A stretch of DNA of 64,000 bases, from NCBI GenBank assembly GCA_029953675.1, contig JAMWBK010000002.1:3416315-3480314 (forward strand). The letters run 5' to 3'. Each line of letters begins with the position of its first letter. Within the stretch, counting starts at the first letter, position 1. Below, in pieces: positions 38,859 through 50,610 of this stretch. The notes below the pieces were generated by a model. The model saw only the letters and a program-made list of their open reading frames with translations. It was not told where the DNA came from and did no database searches. The position numbers and the translations under genes were made by a program. The DNA is from Rhodosorus marinus CCMP1338 (lineage: Eukaryota; Plantae; Rhodophyta).

Positions 38859-40220
38859 TGGTGGTACGGTCAATCGCTGGGGGCCCGTTCCTACTCCACG
38901 AAAACGTGGAGTAGAAAAAGCGAATATTGAAAAACAGATTTTTTTAACAGTCGGTGGCCGTGCAAGAACTATGAACTATGGAAATTGATGTGGATGAGGT
39001 CGTAGAAAAGAATTCTGCTTGCGATACCCCCCCTGGCTCTGATCTGCTTCTGGACTCCCTGCGTTAATTGAAGAAACTAGAATTTCAGCGTGACTCAATC
39101 TCCAGCGCTTTGGCAGATTTCGGTTCGTGGTAAACTCTGTCGAGTCTCTCGCAATAGCTTTGAAAACTTTAAACTACGCTGAGGCGACTTACAGGTATAT
39201 CAAGGGGACGTCCCTAGGGATGACTGGAAGACCTGAACCACCAATCCTAGCTTTCCGAGTTCGCGATTTCATGCGCCCACACCACCGGCTGGAGATTTGA
39301 GGCTCCAGCCGAAGCTGGAAAATACAGGATATGGTGTGTACGACGAGGTGAAAGATGTCCATTGTGCAGAATCCCACAGTATCCCACAGAATCCGCAGAC
39401 TAGCGTATCCGGTATACTGTGGGATTCCGCTACAGCCCCAAAGAAACCTCGTTCCAGGTAGAGGTGGAATTTTAATGCTTGTTTAATATTTTGTAGTATG
39501 TTCTTATGCTTTTTATTTCAAATGCTTTTGTTTTACCCGATTTATAATATTTTTTACTTACTTTTTATGTGGTATCTGCCTCCCACACAAGGTGGGAGCA
39601 TCTAATTCTGATGTAGTATCGAGATGTCATGTGATAGGCTAGTAGGATTGTGATTTCCGCATATTAAAACAGGCTCCGATGGCAACTGATAAATATCGGG
39701 CAGTCCCATCTACTAGCCAACGGAACTGGAGAGTCCCGCGAATCCTGCGCACATCATCTTCACAGGATCTGACTTGTTTTAAGAATATGACGAACCAGAA
39801 TACCCACCTTTGGAATTGAGCTTCAACTCAGGCAAGAAGTACGTTCTCAAAAAGCTGACGAAATAAAGAATTTCAATTATTCCGTGTCTGGGGATAACCG
39901 GTACTAAAGTAGCCTCTGTGGAACTATTCACAAACGGGAATGGGTGGGAAAGTTTCCCCAGAGTGTGCTTTCAGTCCGTAGTTGCAGATCACGATACGTA
40001 ATCGTTTTATCCGAAAGCGGAAGCCTTTGACCTGCGTGAATCCCAGACTGCATATGACCGAACCTACCCGCTTCCAAAATCTTCATGAGCCTTAAAAAAA
40101 AATAAAAACAGGGAGCGAGAGAAACTAAGAGCAAATTTCTGTTTTTCAATATATTACTTTTTCTACTCCACGTTTTCGTGGAGTAGGTACCGGTCCCCAG
40201 CGATTGACAGGGTACCACCA
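38859..40220. mobile_element. Non-autonomous TIR (MITE-like) element, about 1.36 kb
   Basis: About 80-bp imperfect inverted repeats at 38859-38938 and 40138-40220, each containing the palindrome ctactccacg-aaaa-cgtggagtag. No internal transposase ORF and no clear TSD. Confidence 0.7.
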
Positions 40221-42166
40221 GAGATCCCTGGTGGCCGATGGTTGGACAGCCCCCATCCAGTGCACAATTTTGCTTCCAAGCCCTTGCTCTTACTGATAAT
40301 TCTATTGAAAACATTCGAAGAGTGGCAGAGTCGGAAAGCGTGGGCGAAGGTTTTGGGATGGCGCTCTCCCGAATCGCGTGGAAAGCAAACTTTGGCCTGC
40401 GCTTTCTTACAACCCCGTGAAAACCCAAATTCTTTGGTTTTTTCACGGGTCCGGACTGCGGAAAGATCCCCAACAAGGGTCGCACACCTCGAGCACTCTC
40501 GTCCGAAGATGTGATATTAGAAATCCGCATGGACTTTGCGGAGGCCGCCGACTGAATCTTCGATCTCTTAGATGGTTGGCCGCGCCTCAAACCAAATTAC
40601 TCCGAACGTCGTGTTCTTTCAACCTTACTATGGACGCTTTCAGGAATTTTTTGGAGGACCGGATAGGTGAGAAGTATCTTCCCGGACAATGCGCGCCTCT
40701 GCCAAGGGGGGACTCAACTTTTATGTGGTACCCTCTTGAGACTTTCTCACTTCTACTTTACAGCTTTTTTGCACTGTATCTGAATGAACGAATGATTTGA
40801 ATGAATCAAATGAATGAATTTGTTTAATCGGAGACTGAAAGAAAACCCGCGAGGTGCAAAAAAGGACTAAGCGCGGCGAAGATCGCGCCTCCAACATCAA
40901 AGCAGCGTTCATACGCCACGGCAAGAAACTTAAACGGGTAAACAACGAGGACAGACGGTCAGGGTGTTCGCAGATCAATTCCAGTATCTAAGGTCGACTG
41001 ACCCTAGAATTATCCATTTATGTATAGACGCTAGCCATAAAACAACTCGAAAAATCTGTTCAGAGTAGATGAGATATTCATGGGTTCTCAAAAGCGTGGG
41101 AACTTCATCTAGTTTGCGCAGGTCATTGTCCTCTCACCCCAGCTCTCAACCCTCCCCTGGAAAGAAGCTCATCCGAATTCTTTGAACGTGTTTCCGAAAA
41201 GCCGTTCCTGTAGGACTGTAGAACCAGCTTGTCTTCACTTTTACTAGGGGAATCAGCCTTCCCGATTGGAGTCTTGTAATGTAAGCAGTAAAAGCACATC
41301 TGGTTCAATGCATTTCTGAAGTTCCAAGTTCGAGACGCGCCGGCCTTCAGGACTGCCCACGAGTTACTCCTAGGACATCTGTTTAGGCCGGCATCGCTCG
41401 TGGGAAAGGGAAAGAACTGGGATCCAGATGCCGTGTGAGGGATCTGAGACCGGTCATCGTGGTCTTGCTCAGCCGTCCAAACGCTTCCAGAGCGATCGGC
41501 TTTTACTTAGGACTCGGATAGAAAACCAAGGTCAAGTCGACCTTAACTAGACAAAAGAAACAATATCAGTAGACCAAGACTAGAGACTGCGCGTCTAGGG
41601 CAAAAAGGCTGACATCATCTAGATGACCAACAAGGGGAAAAGCTAAAGAAAAGCCTTACTTGGAGCACGTCAGCCCAGTAGTGAACTTATGAGGATAAGT
41701 TGAATGCAGCCTGGCTGTGGTAGCCCAAGAGTTTCCTTTCCAATTGTCCATTGGAGGTCCCGCAGACAATGTCTACATGCTCCCAAAATTAACGAAACTT
41801 TTAGGAACCGTCTCCAAAGTTTAGGGCACTCTCGGCTTAATATTTGTACTACAAATTACGACAATGACGTTCAGCCCTCAGCTTGTATTATCGCCTTCCT
41901 CGCCTGCTCACGATTCCGAGGGAACATCAAAACGCTGATTTTACTGCGTTCTGCGTCGCATGTGCCAGATATGCACACGGGCAACGCACTTGCAGGAACG
42001 AGGGGTTTTTGCTCGTGACTTTCGCTCTGAAGAAGGGAATTCTCATATCATACCTGTATCCCGCCCAGGGCTCCGGAGTGAATGGGTAAACTTTTGTGAA
42101 TCCGTGAGTAGCAGGCAGTACTGATCGAGGTTCTGGCAAGCTTGGGAAAAGGCTGAAGGCATTCAG

Positions 42167-42512
42167 ATGGATTCCTCATTTTCAGCTCCGTTGAGGTTTG
42201 ACGGGCGCTTGCTTTTGGACGTCGTAGATTCGGAGTGGGCCAAAGAGAAGTTGCCAGTTGAAGGTAAAATTATGTGCTCGGCGATACCTCGCCAAGTCTG
42301 TATCGAGCCCAGGGCTCATCAACTGTTTTCATTGACCCGTTTGAGGGGGAAACCAAATAGTTCTAACACAGAAGTACCTTTGGATCGCAGATATACAACC
42401 AGCAGAAACTGCAGCTGCGGTTTTGTGCGAAGACGATCACGATGCAGTTGATGAGAAGCAGGAACAAAGAAAGTGGACTGACTTGGTCTTGCATGACCTG
42501 GTGCGGAACTGA
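42167..42512 (+). CDS. ANAPC13: Anaphase-promoting complex subunit 13, 2 exons
   Basis: Exon 1 RFDGRLLLDVVDSEWAKEKLPVE, phase-1 intron 42264-42390, exon 2 DIQPAE...EQRKWTDLVLHDLVRN*. This matches the APC13 pattern DGR.LDL.D..W..DKLP.ED...KWTDL.L. Confidence 0.85.
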
Positions 42513-43351
42513 ACGCTTCGCACCATTGTATACTTGGGTTATAAGTTTTCTTGTACCTCAGATTGACGTAGGAAGGTCAGATCGCAAAAATCGATCAAAC
42601 CATGGCATACACTTGTCTCTGCATCAGATTTTGCTTGGGCTCCGGCAGAGGACTTGCAAAATGCTCCACGGCTCTAGTGGCATCCTTCGGAATACCTTGG
42701 ACGAGACACTTGCTTAGGAGTTGACCTAGACTGAGTATGTTCATTCTCAACCGAATCGATGCAAATCGTGGAAACCAGTAGCAAGGACCGTAGGAACTGG
42801 CCTACTGTTCCCACAACTCAGCGCATAGGTAAATGTGTAGAATCGACATAAGAGGACAGTGGGGACAGAGGCTCATCTCACTAAAGGGTATAGTCGATTG
42901 TCAGCTCTCCGCCTCCACTTCCTTGTTTCCAATAGACTCGAAGCTCTCCCAGATAGGCGGATCTATATATAAAATATTTGTTGCCTGCTCTCATTGAGGG
43001 AAATCTCGGGAGATTGTGTTCGTTGGTCATATCCACGGCAAGTGGTAACTAACGCACATGCGGTTGCTCCCCGTTTGATCCCGCGACAGTCGCCCCTTGA
43101 GCTTAAGATTTTAAATGTTTGCAAATATTTTGAGAACATTTCAAGATTTGGTTTGGTCAGCGAGTGCCTACAACGGCAGGGGCGGGATGCAGCCCCCACG
43201 CGACTTCTCAGTTTGCATAGGCATTGAGGGAAGCTTTCACTGGAGGAACATTACCCCAAATTCTCATCTGTTTCCTTTTTCGTCTTGTCGGCTCAATTCT
43301 GTTGAAGGGGTCGACGTGCTCGATGGAACCGTAGAAAGCCTAGTTTGCCAG

Positions 43352-45193
43352 ATGAAAATCGAACATCTAGCGGAAATGGTTGGCGGGAGTCTTGCGTGTG
43401 ATGGACCGAAAGCTTGGTCAGAGACCTCTCAGCCGGGCTTTATACAGGTGCCGCCTGGCTCAAACAGAACATTGTTTGCGCGGAGACGTGCTGATGGTGT
43501 CTGCCTAAATGCTACGAGAGGTCCGCGAAGGGGTCGGCGAGGGGCCTCGCGAGGCGGAAACCGGCCGAGGCGTCATGGCGGGGGGAAAGCCGGCAATTTT
43601 GACGTTGTCATTGATATGGAACCGAAACCAGCAATACAAAGGCAGGTAGAGTATTACTTTTGCGAGGAAAACCTTCGCACTGATGACTTCCTTCAACGAA
43701 ACTTAGACGGAGACGGATTCTGCAGTATAAATATCATCTCAACGTTCGCACGCATACGAATCTTTACTGCAAAGTTGAAGGACGCGGGTGACCCGCGCCC
43801 AAGCGAGGAACTAATTGCAGATGCCATTAGGGAATCTCCTTACCTTGAAGTAGGTCGTGACTCTGGTCACCTACAAGTTAGAAGGGTGCTGAAATACAGC
43901 TTGAAGGATATATCTGGTGGAGTCCCGGTCACCGTTAAACCATCTAGAGCGTCTTCCTCAACGAAGGAGGAAAGGGGAGCTCCTTGCAAGTATCATTTTG
44001 CGGGTTACTGTGACAGAGGCAGTCGCTGCCCAAATACGCACAATATGGATTATTGTGACGCTATTGAGAGGCAGTGGATGAATCCGATCGGAAGCGGTTC
44101 TGCGTCGAAAACCGGACCCCTTGTGGACAAATTGAAAAAAATCTGTTCTCAGCTAGGTTTGTCCAGTCCGTCTTTGTCCTACGCCTCAAAAATGGTCAGG
44201 AGCAAGCTTGACGCTGCTCAAGCACGGACGGTGGGTGAGCGACAGGCTTTCGACTACTTCGTTGTAATTGATATCGAGGGTCAGCATGAGATTATAGAGT
44301 TTCCTGCCATTGTTTTCTCGACCAAAGGTCTAAGAGAGGTGAGCCACTTTTTTCTGAGCAAATCTCTGATCGCTCCTACTAGTTTCTGGTTATGCCTAGC
44401 CCCGCAGCGTTCGTTGAAATTTTCTGAAAGAGCGTGCGAAGAGAAACGTTTTGTTGCGTACGGACTCGATTAGTTTTTCCTGCTAAACTTTTCGTGGACG
44501 ATTCGGTGATTTTGCGCTCCCCCGCGCGCCTGTTCTAGGTTGGCAGATTTCATCGGTGGGTGAAACCCGTGAATCTTTGGCGTGGAAAAAGCCTGAATCC
44601 GCGGTCAGACTCTGTTCCCTTCTCTCAAGTGCTGAAGGAATTCGAGGCCTACTTGCGTGAACTCGGCTTAGTCGGTAAGTTATTGAGGTTGCATGGGCCG
44701 AAGCTGCCGTACCATTGAAGGGTGCAGGCTAAGTGTACGAACGTACTTCTTAGTCTGGGGTTAGACGGAGTGACGTGCTCAGAGCTGAGCTTCAGTAGGA
44801 AGAGAGATTCTCTAAAGTCGATGCTATGCATTCGCTTGTGTCCACTTTCGTAAACTAGGACGTAACAGCAATGAAAATCGGTTCGCAATGGTGTGCTGTG
44901 GAAACTGGGATGTCAAAACACAGATTCCAAAGCAATGCAAATTGAATGGCGTATCTGTGCCGAGGTACATGAGACAGTGGATTAATATCAAGGATGTTTT
45001 TAATGAGGTGTATGTTTCGAAGACGAAAGCGACCGGGATGAAGGCTATGCTTAGACGCAGTGGACTGGTAGGTACGGACGGCGCAGTGGAAGGAGTTCAC
45101 CACTTGGGTATGCATGATACAGAAAACATAACAAGAATTCTACTCCGATTGCTGGAGCAAAATGTGCAAATCGGTATAACTGGAAAACTGTAA
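43352..45193 (+). CDS. La-motif + CCCH zinc finger + ERI-1/ERI-3-like DEDDh 3'-5' exoribonuclease, 3 exons
   Basis: IQRQVEYYFCEENLRTDDFL (La motif); CKYHFAGYCDRGSRCPNTH (CCCH); VIDIEG...EIIEFP, CGNWD and HHLGMHD (Exo I-III). Introns at 44339-44538 and about 44675-44858. Start codon uncertain. Confidence 0.85.
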
Positions 45194-46957
45194 CATCCAG
45201 TAGTAAAAACAAGCAGCAGATTCAGTTTTCCGCGGCTGTTCCCTAGCGTACCCTCCAGTGGTTGCTAACTAGACTAGTACATGATATTTAGTAGAAACAA
45301 ACCCCCAGGAGTAGAGTCGAAAGCCACACCCGGCCTACTTTTCTTCATGGGCTTGCTTTGAGTCGCATTCTTGGGACCTCCTGTAGTTTCATCGAGCCCC
45401 ATATCCCGACGGTCACTGCGGTTGTGCCCGGCTAGTTCCTTAGGTTCTCTGACTATAATTGCTGAGAAACTGAGGCACTTTTTACCGACAGAGTCCCACA
45501 TCCCTTCCTCATTCACAAGACATCTCTGCGAATTACGGGACGACCTGATTTGCCAAGTTTCTCGAACCCGTGCCCATGAGAGGGTTGAGAGCTGATGCTA
45601 AGTAGAAGCGATATTCGCTCAGAGACAAATGACGGGAGCGACACTGGCAGCAATTTCGGACAGGATTTGAGGGACTACAGCCTGGATGGACATCAAGATA
45701 TCCATCCGGGCTATAGTCGACACGCCTCAGAGCCGTCCTAGGAGATGTACAAAATCATGGTTGCCTTTTCGCCGGATTCTCATATGTCGTCTACAGTATA
45801 CCTTGAAAGAGAAAGGGGAATAACGGGCGCTTGAGCTGAATTTGCAGCTTCCCATTGAGAAATTTGAATGCCATGGATCCCGGTGCCGATTACAGTAATA
45901 GTAAGAAAAAAAATTACAAACCTATTCATAACAGTATTATCAATGTTTGGGACGATAATAGTAAAACTTAACGGAACTTTAAATCGCAGCAGCAAATCAG
46001 ATTCCTGAACGGTAAAAGCCGACCATGAACGCTGATCGTGGTGATCCACTCGTATATTTATGGAGCTCGGATGGATTGGGTTTTTCAGGCCACGCGAAGT
46101 TTCAACAACAGGCTGTCTTTGAAAAGCTACAGTTTGACTCAAGTCTTGGCGTTGGAAGAATTCCCTGAATTATCGCTTGAAAAGTTAATAGTTTACAGGA
46201 GAACCTATGCTCTTTCTTCGCCTGGGGCAGTCTCTGTTTCCAGAACTTCCAGCCGCGGCGAAAAAGAGCTTGACCCGACCATGTTCAAGGGGCATTTTGC
46301 CCGAGAATTTTGCCGTTGCCCTGAAGTTAAGGACTCCTGCCGGGAGCGTGCCTACGCGCTAGCAAAAGGGGCCATGCTCATTGATTGGGTAATTGGCCAG
46401 AAACTGGAGTGCCATACTGAGTCTACCGGCATTTAATTACTAATTTTCATATTCATGTATAATGAATAAATAATAAAATAAGTAGTTGTTTGCATTCACC
46501 AAATCAACACGTGGCGGAGACGCTTCTCGTTTCCTCACGTCCGCAACTGCTTTCTGCCGGACTTGCTTCGACCAATGAAACGCCGGAAACTGTGCGGCTG
46601 GTGGAAGAACCCTGTCACAGACAATTAGGAGGCTTTTCCAACAAAAGAGACTTAGGCGGGGTTGATAAGCGCTTTTTTGTGACAGAGCGCACTCCAGAGA
46701 TGAAAAAGTTTCTGCCCTAAGAAGGGAATGGTGAGTAAGTGCAATAATTCCTCGGAAGAAGCTGCGGCTTCAGTCTTAACTTTGTTGGAGGAGGGCTAGC
46801 TTAGAGTAGAGAGGGCGGGGATTCGGTCGTGAGCGAGTTACAATAGTTGGTTCCCCTGTACCACCTTGAACGGGTCGAAACCGCTTTGAGCTGAGGTCGT
46901 CTGGGGCTTGGCCTTTCGCGGCCGTGATTATAGTGCTGATTCTATAGAAAACCTAGA

Positions 46958-49530
46958 ATGGATCGAGGTCGACGGGAAGAGATTACGGGCGGATTTGTCG
47001 CAAGCGGCTTCCATGGATGTCGCACTTTAAGTGCTCGGATCTCTTCGAAAGCCGTGGGCACAAGCTGTGGTTGTCATTCGTCGCCCAGAATACAGGCTCG
47101 TCGAAGATGTAGAGTCGCAATGGTCATTTCCAAGGGAGTTCCGAATTCAATGGCTGCCGAGGAAGAAGACCCACGGCGAAGAGGGCGCTTCTCGAAAACC
47201 GTGCCGGAACTCAAGCGCCAAGTGCGGTACTGGTACTCACTGGCGAGGACTGCAGAAAGTGAGGGGGATCTAAGCGCGGCAGAAGCTCTGTATAGAAAGT
47301 GCATTGACCTCGACGAAAAGGATGGACACTCATGGCTGGCTCTAGCACAAATGCATTCCCGAAGAGACCCCGGAGAGGCGCGAAAGGCATTCGCAGCGGC
47401 ACTCCTCCAATGCCCAACAAACGTCCACCTTCTTCAAGCTTTCGGAGTTTTTGAGCATCGCATGGGAAACCTTGATTCTGCGAGACAACTGTTTCATGAC
47501 GCGCTAGCCATCGAACCAGCAAACCCGTACGTATGCCAAGCCTGGGGGCTCCTCGAACAGCGGAATGGTGAGACTGATGTTGCTAGGGATATTTACCGAA
47601 AGTGTACAGAGAGGCAACCACAGAGCGAAGTGTGCGCAGCTTGGGCCACACTTGAGTTCGGCGACGGTAACGCGAGGAAGGCCAGGGAGCTGTTCAAGCT
47701 CGGTCTGCGAAGCGTAAAAAGAGGGCTAAAGAGCAGAGTCGCATACTTGAACAGTTGGGCCGAAGCTGAGGAGCGCTCAGGGAACCTTGCTCAGGCGCGC
47801 AGCTTGTTGGGGGAGGCCTTGCAAGGCTTGCCAACAGCTGAAACTCGGATTAAACTTGCGAAGCTTGAAGCTAGAGCTGGTTCCCTGATGAAAGGATTGG
47901 ATCTGATGAAGGGTGTAGACTCAGAAGCGGAACCGCTTTCAGCAAATGCGTACAATGGATGGGCTTTCCTTGAGATGCAGGCGGCAAATACTGGAAGGAC
48001 GCGGGAACTGCTGAAGGAAGGAAACGCAAAGTTCCCCATGGATGGGGCGCTATTGCAAACTTGGGGAACCCTGGAAGAAAAGTGCTGCGAGTACGATACA
48101 GCAAGGGAGCTCTACTCCAAGAGCGTCGAAGTGCGCCCAACTGCCGTTGCCTTGGTGGCATGGGCTTGCATGGAGGCAAAACTTGGAGACACTGCTCGCG
48201 CACGAGAACTTTTCACGAATGCTTTGAGAGTAGACCCCCTGCATGGAGCGGCTTACCATGCCTATGCCAGTTTGGAAATGAAGCAAGGGAATGTAGCGGA
48301 GGCGAGGAGTATTTTCGAGCTTGGGCTTGACAAGGACCCTTCAGCTTCTGTACTCGTTGGCTATGCGCAATTGGAAATGAAATTTGGAAGTAGAAAAGAC
48401 AAGGCTAGAGAACTTTTTCGAAGGGGAGTGTCACAAACTCGAGGCGATGCTTCTTTCATCTGGCACGCGTGGCTGACAATGGAACTAAGGGAGCGCGATC
48501 CACTCTCTGCGCGAAATATTGCCCTTGAAGCCAGGAAGCGATACTCAGGGAACTCGAGGGTAAGTAGATTTGTGCCTGATGCGAAAAGCAGACGTACGTT
48601 TATTTTTTTTCGCCTGTCTTCTCACCGTTCTGTTCCGCCATGCTGTTCAACTGCTGTTGCAACAAATTCCTCCTCCTACCTTACCAGATCCTTGTCGCTA
48701 GTGCTCTTGCAGAGGCAATGTCCGCAAGGGGGGTACCTCCAAACTTTGACAAGAGCAGGGAGTTCTTCAAAGAGGCCGTGCTCGTGGATCCGTTTCATGC
48801 TCATGCTTGGCAGACGTGGGGTGTGCATGAGTTTCGAAACGGCAACGAGGCCATTGCACGCGGGCTCTTTCAGAAGGGTCTCAACAACTGCCCCTCTCAT
48901 GGACCTTTGTGGCAGGCTTGCGGAGTGCTAGAGGTAGAGGATGGGAATTTCGACGAAGCCGAGATGATGTTTCGCAACGGGATTTCCAAGTGCCCGAACC
49001 ATGTTCCCCTCTATCAAGCTTGGGCCTGTATGGAGGTCAGGCGAGGCGGCTTTGGCACGGCCAGAGAACTTCTCGAACAGGCTTTGAGGTCTGATCCCAG
49101 TCATGGCGCTGTTTGGACCGCGTATGGCCTTCTGGAGAGCAAGTATGGCTCTCTGGAAAAGTCCAGGGAGCTCTTTCTGCAAGGACTTCGCCGAGCTCCA
49201 AATCATGGCCCTTTATATCGTACCTTCGCGATGGTAGAAGAGAGGTTGGGTAACTACGAACGTGCTAGACAACTGTTCAGGGAGGGAATCGAGAGGGATC
49301 CGTACGATGCTCCGTCCTATCGAGAACTTTCACTGCTGGAGAAGAAGTTTGGGCGCAGGGATGCTTTCAAGGAGCTTGCCCTTCAGGCTCAAGACGTGTT
49401 TGGATCTGGCAACGTGAAATCGGTCCTTCTTGAAGGCAAGTGTTCCAACTTCGTCAGTGCGGGAGATGAAGATGATCTTGAGCTGACGAAGCTGTGGTCG
49501 ATGGAGCATGCTTTAGATCTCTCCAGCTGA
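46958..49530 (+). CDS. HAT/TPR-repeat plastid RNA-binding protein, HCF107/Mbb1-like, 2 exons
   Basis: Many W..WA.LE...GN...AR.LF repeats and a transit-peptide-like N-terminus. Intron at 48560-48687. Confidence 0.8.
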
Positions 49531-50610
49531 GCTGTAGACTCCCAAACTCTTGCTTTTTGTTAACGGGTGCTTTCTCGTAAACGGCCCAAGCCCTTTACGA
49601 GAGAGTCTCTTGTGCTCTCCGCACTCGAGCGCATGAGATCGGAATTGGCTTTGCTGCACCTTTTTCGTTCTTGACTAATTAGTTCTTTCCTTTTACTTAA
49701 GAGAATAGCATAGATTAGGAGCTTTCTCTATTCTGTATAAAGCAATCAGTTAACTCACTGCCATGATAGGAGAAATGCCCTATTGCGAGTTTGAGGTAAA
49801 CCGTAACCTCTCCCCGAGGAGATTATGGCAGCGCTTTTCATTTGCCGCATCCATGATTTAATAAAATTTTGGGCTTTTTGCTTTTACCCCAGCCTGCCCT
49901 ACAAACTCAGCCGCTGGTCAAAGATGCTCCGTTGCAAGGCGCTTTGGTACGTCTAGGAGCGGAATTTTTCACCCGCACATTTGTTTTTTCCCGGAGGCTC
50001 ATGCAGCATTTAAGAGCTGAGGAGCAATGGAAACAGCCTGTTTCGCCCTGCCGGTCTCTGAGCCTTAAGCACCAAACCGGCTCTACCTCGTTCATTGATG
50101 CGCTGGGAGGCACTCGAGCACCGCAAAGCTAAATTCGAGTTTTAGTATCGATACAGCCAGCCCTGGAGAGGCAATGCAATCTCCGCGCACCACTCTTGGC
50201 CTTGATGAACCGTGTCGAGAGCGGTGTTTCCATTCCACGAACGGAATTTGGTTCGGCTTTTTTGAAGCTGTTCTTGGTCTCGCATGCGTACCTGCACTGC
50301 ATGAACGCAATCGCTTAGTCCCAGTTTACCGAGTGGTCTCAAGTTTGACACATGCGAAAAGTGCTGGGGCCAAACACAAAGTGGAAAAGTCAAAAAGCGT
50401 TTCTCAGCTCGCTATAGGCGGGGGTGCTGTTCCTGCGCACTCGGGGTGCGTGAGCTATGATAGGTCTGGTGGGAAGCTGATAGTGTAGCTAATTGAACAA
50501 GGTCTTACGCAGAAGTAGTATGCAAGGCACGCAAGGCGGAGGTCTGAAAGCAGTCAAGAGATGCATGGAAGAGTAAAAGAGAAAGTCGAGACGCTCTGCT
50601 CTTTGACAGT

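Noticed and set aside
46038-46436. ORF with LKSYSLTQV resembling a family-B DNA polymerase exonuclease motif
   Set aside because: Only one short motif, with no other PolB motifs and no ATG context; insufficient support.
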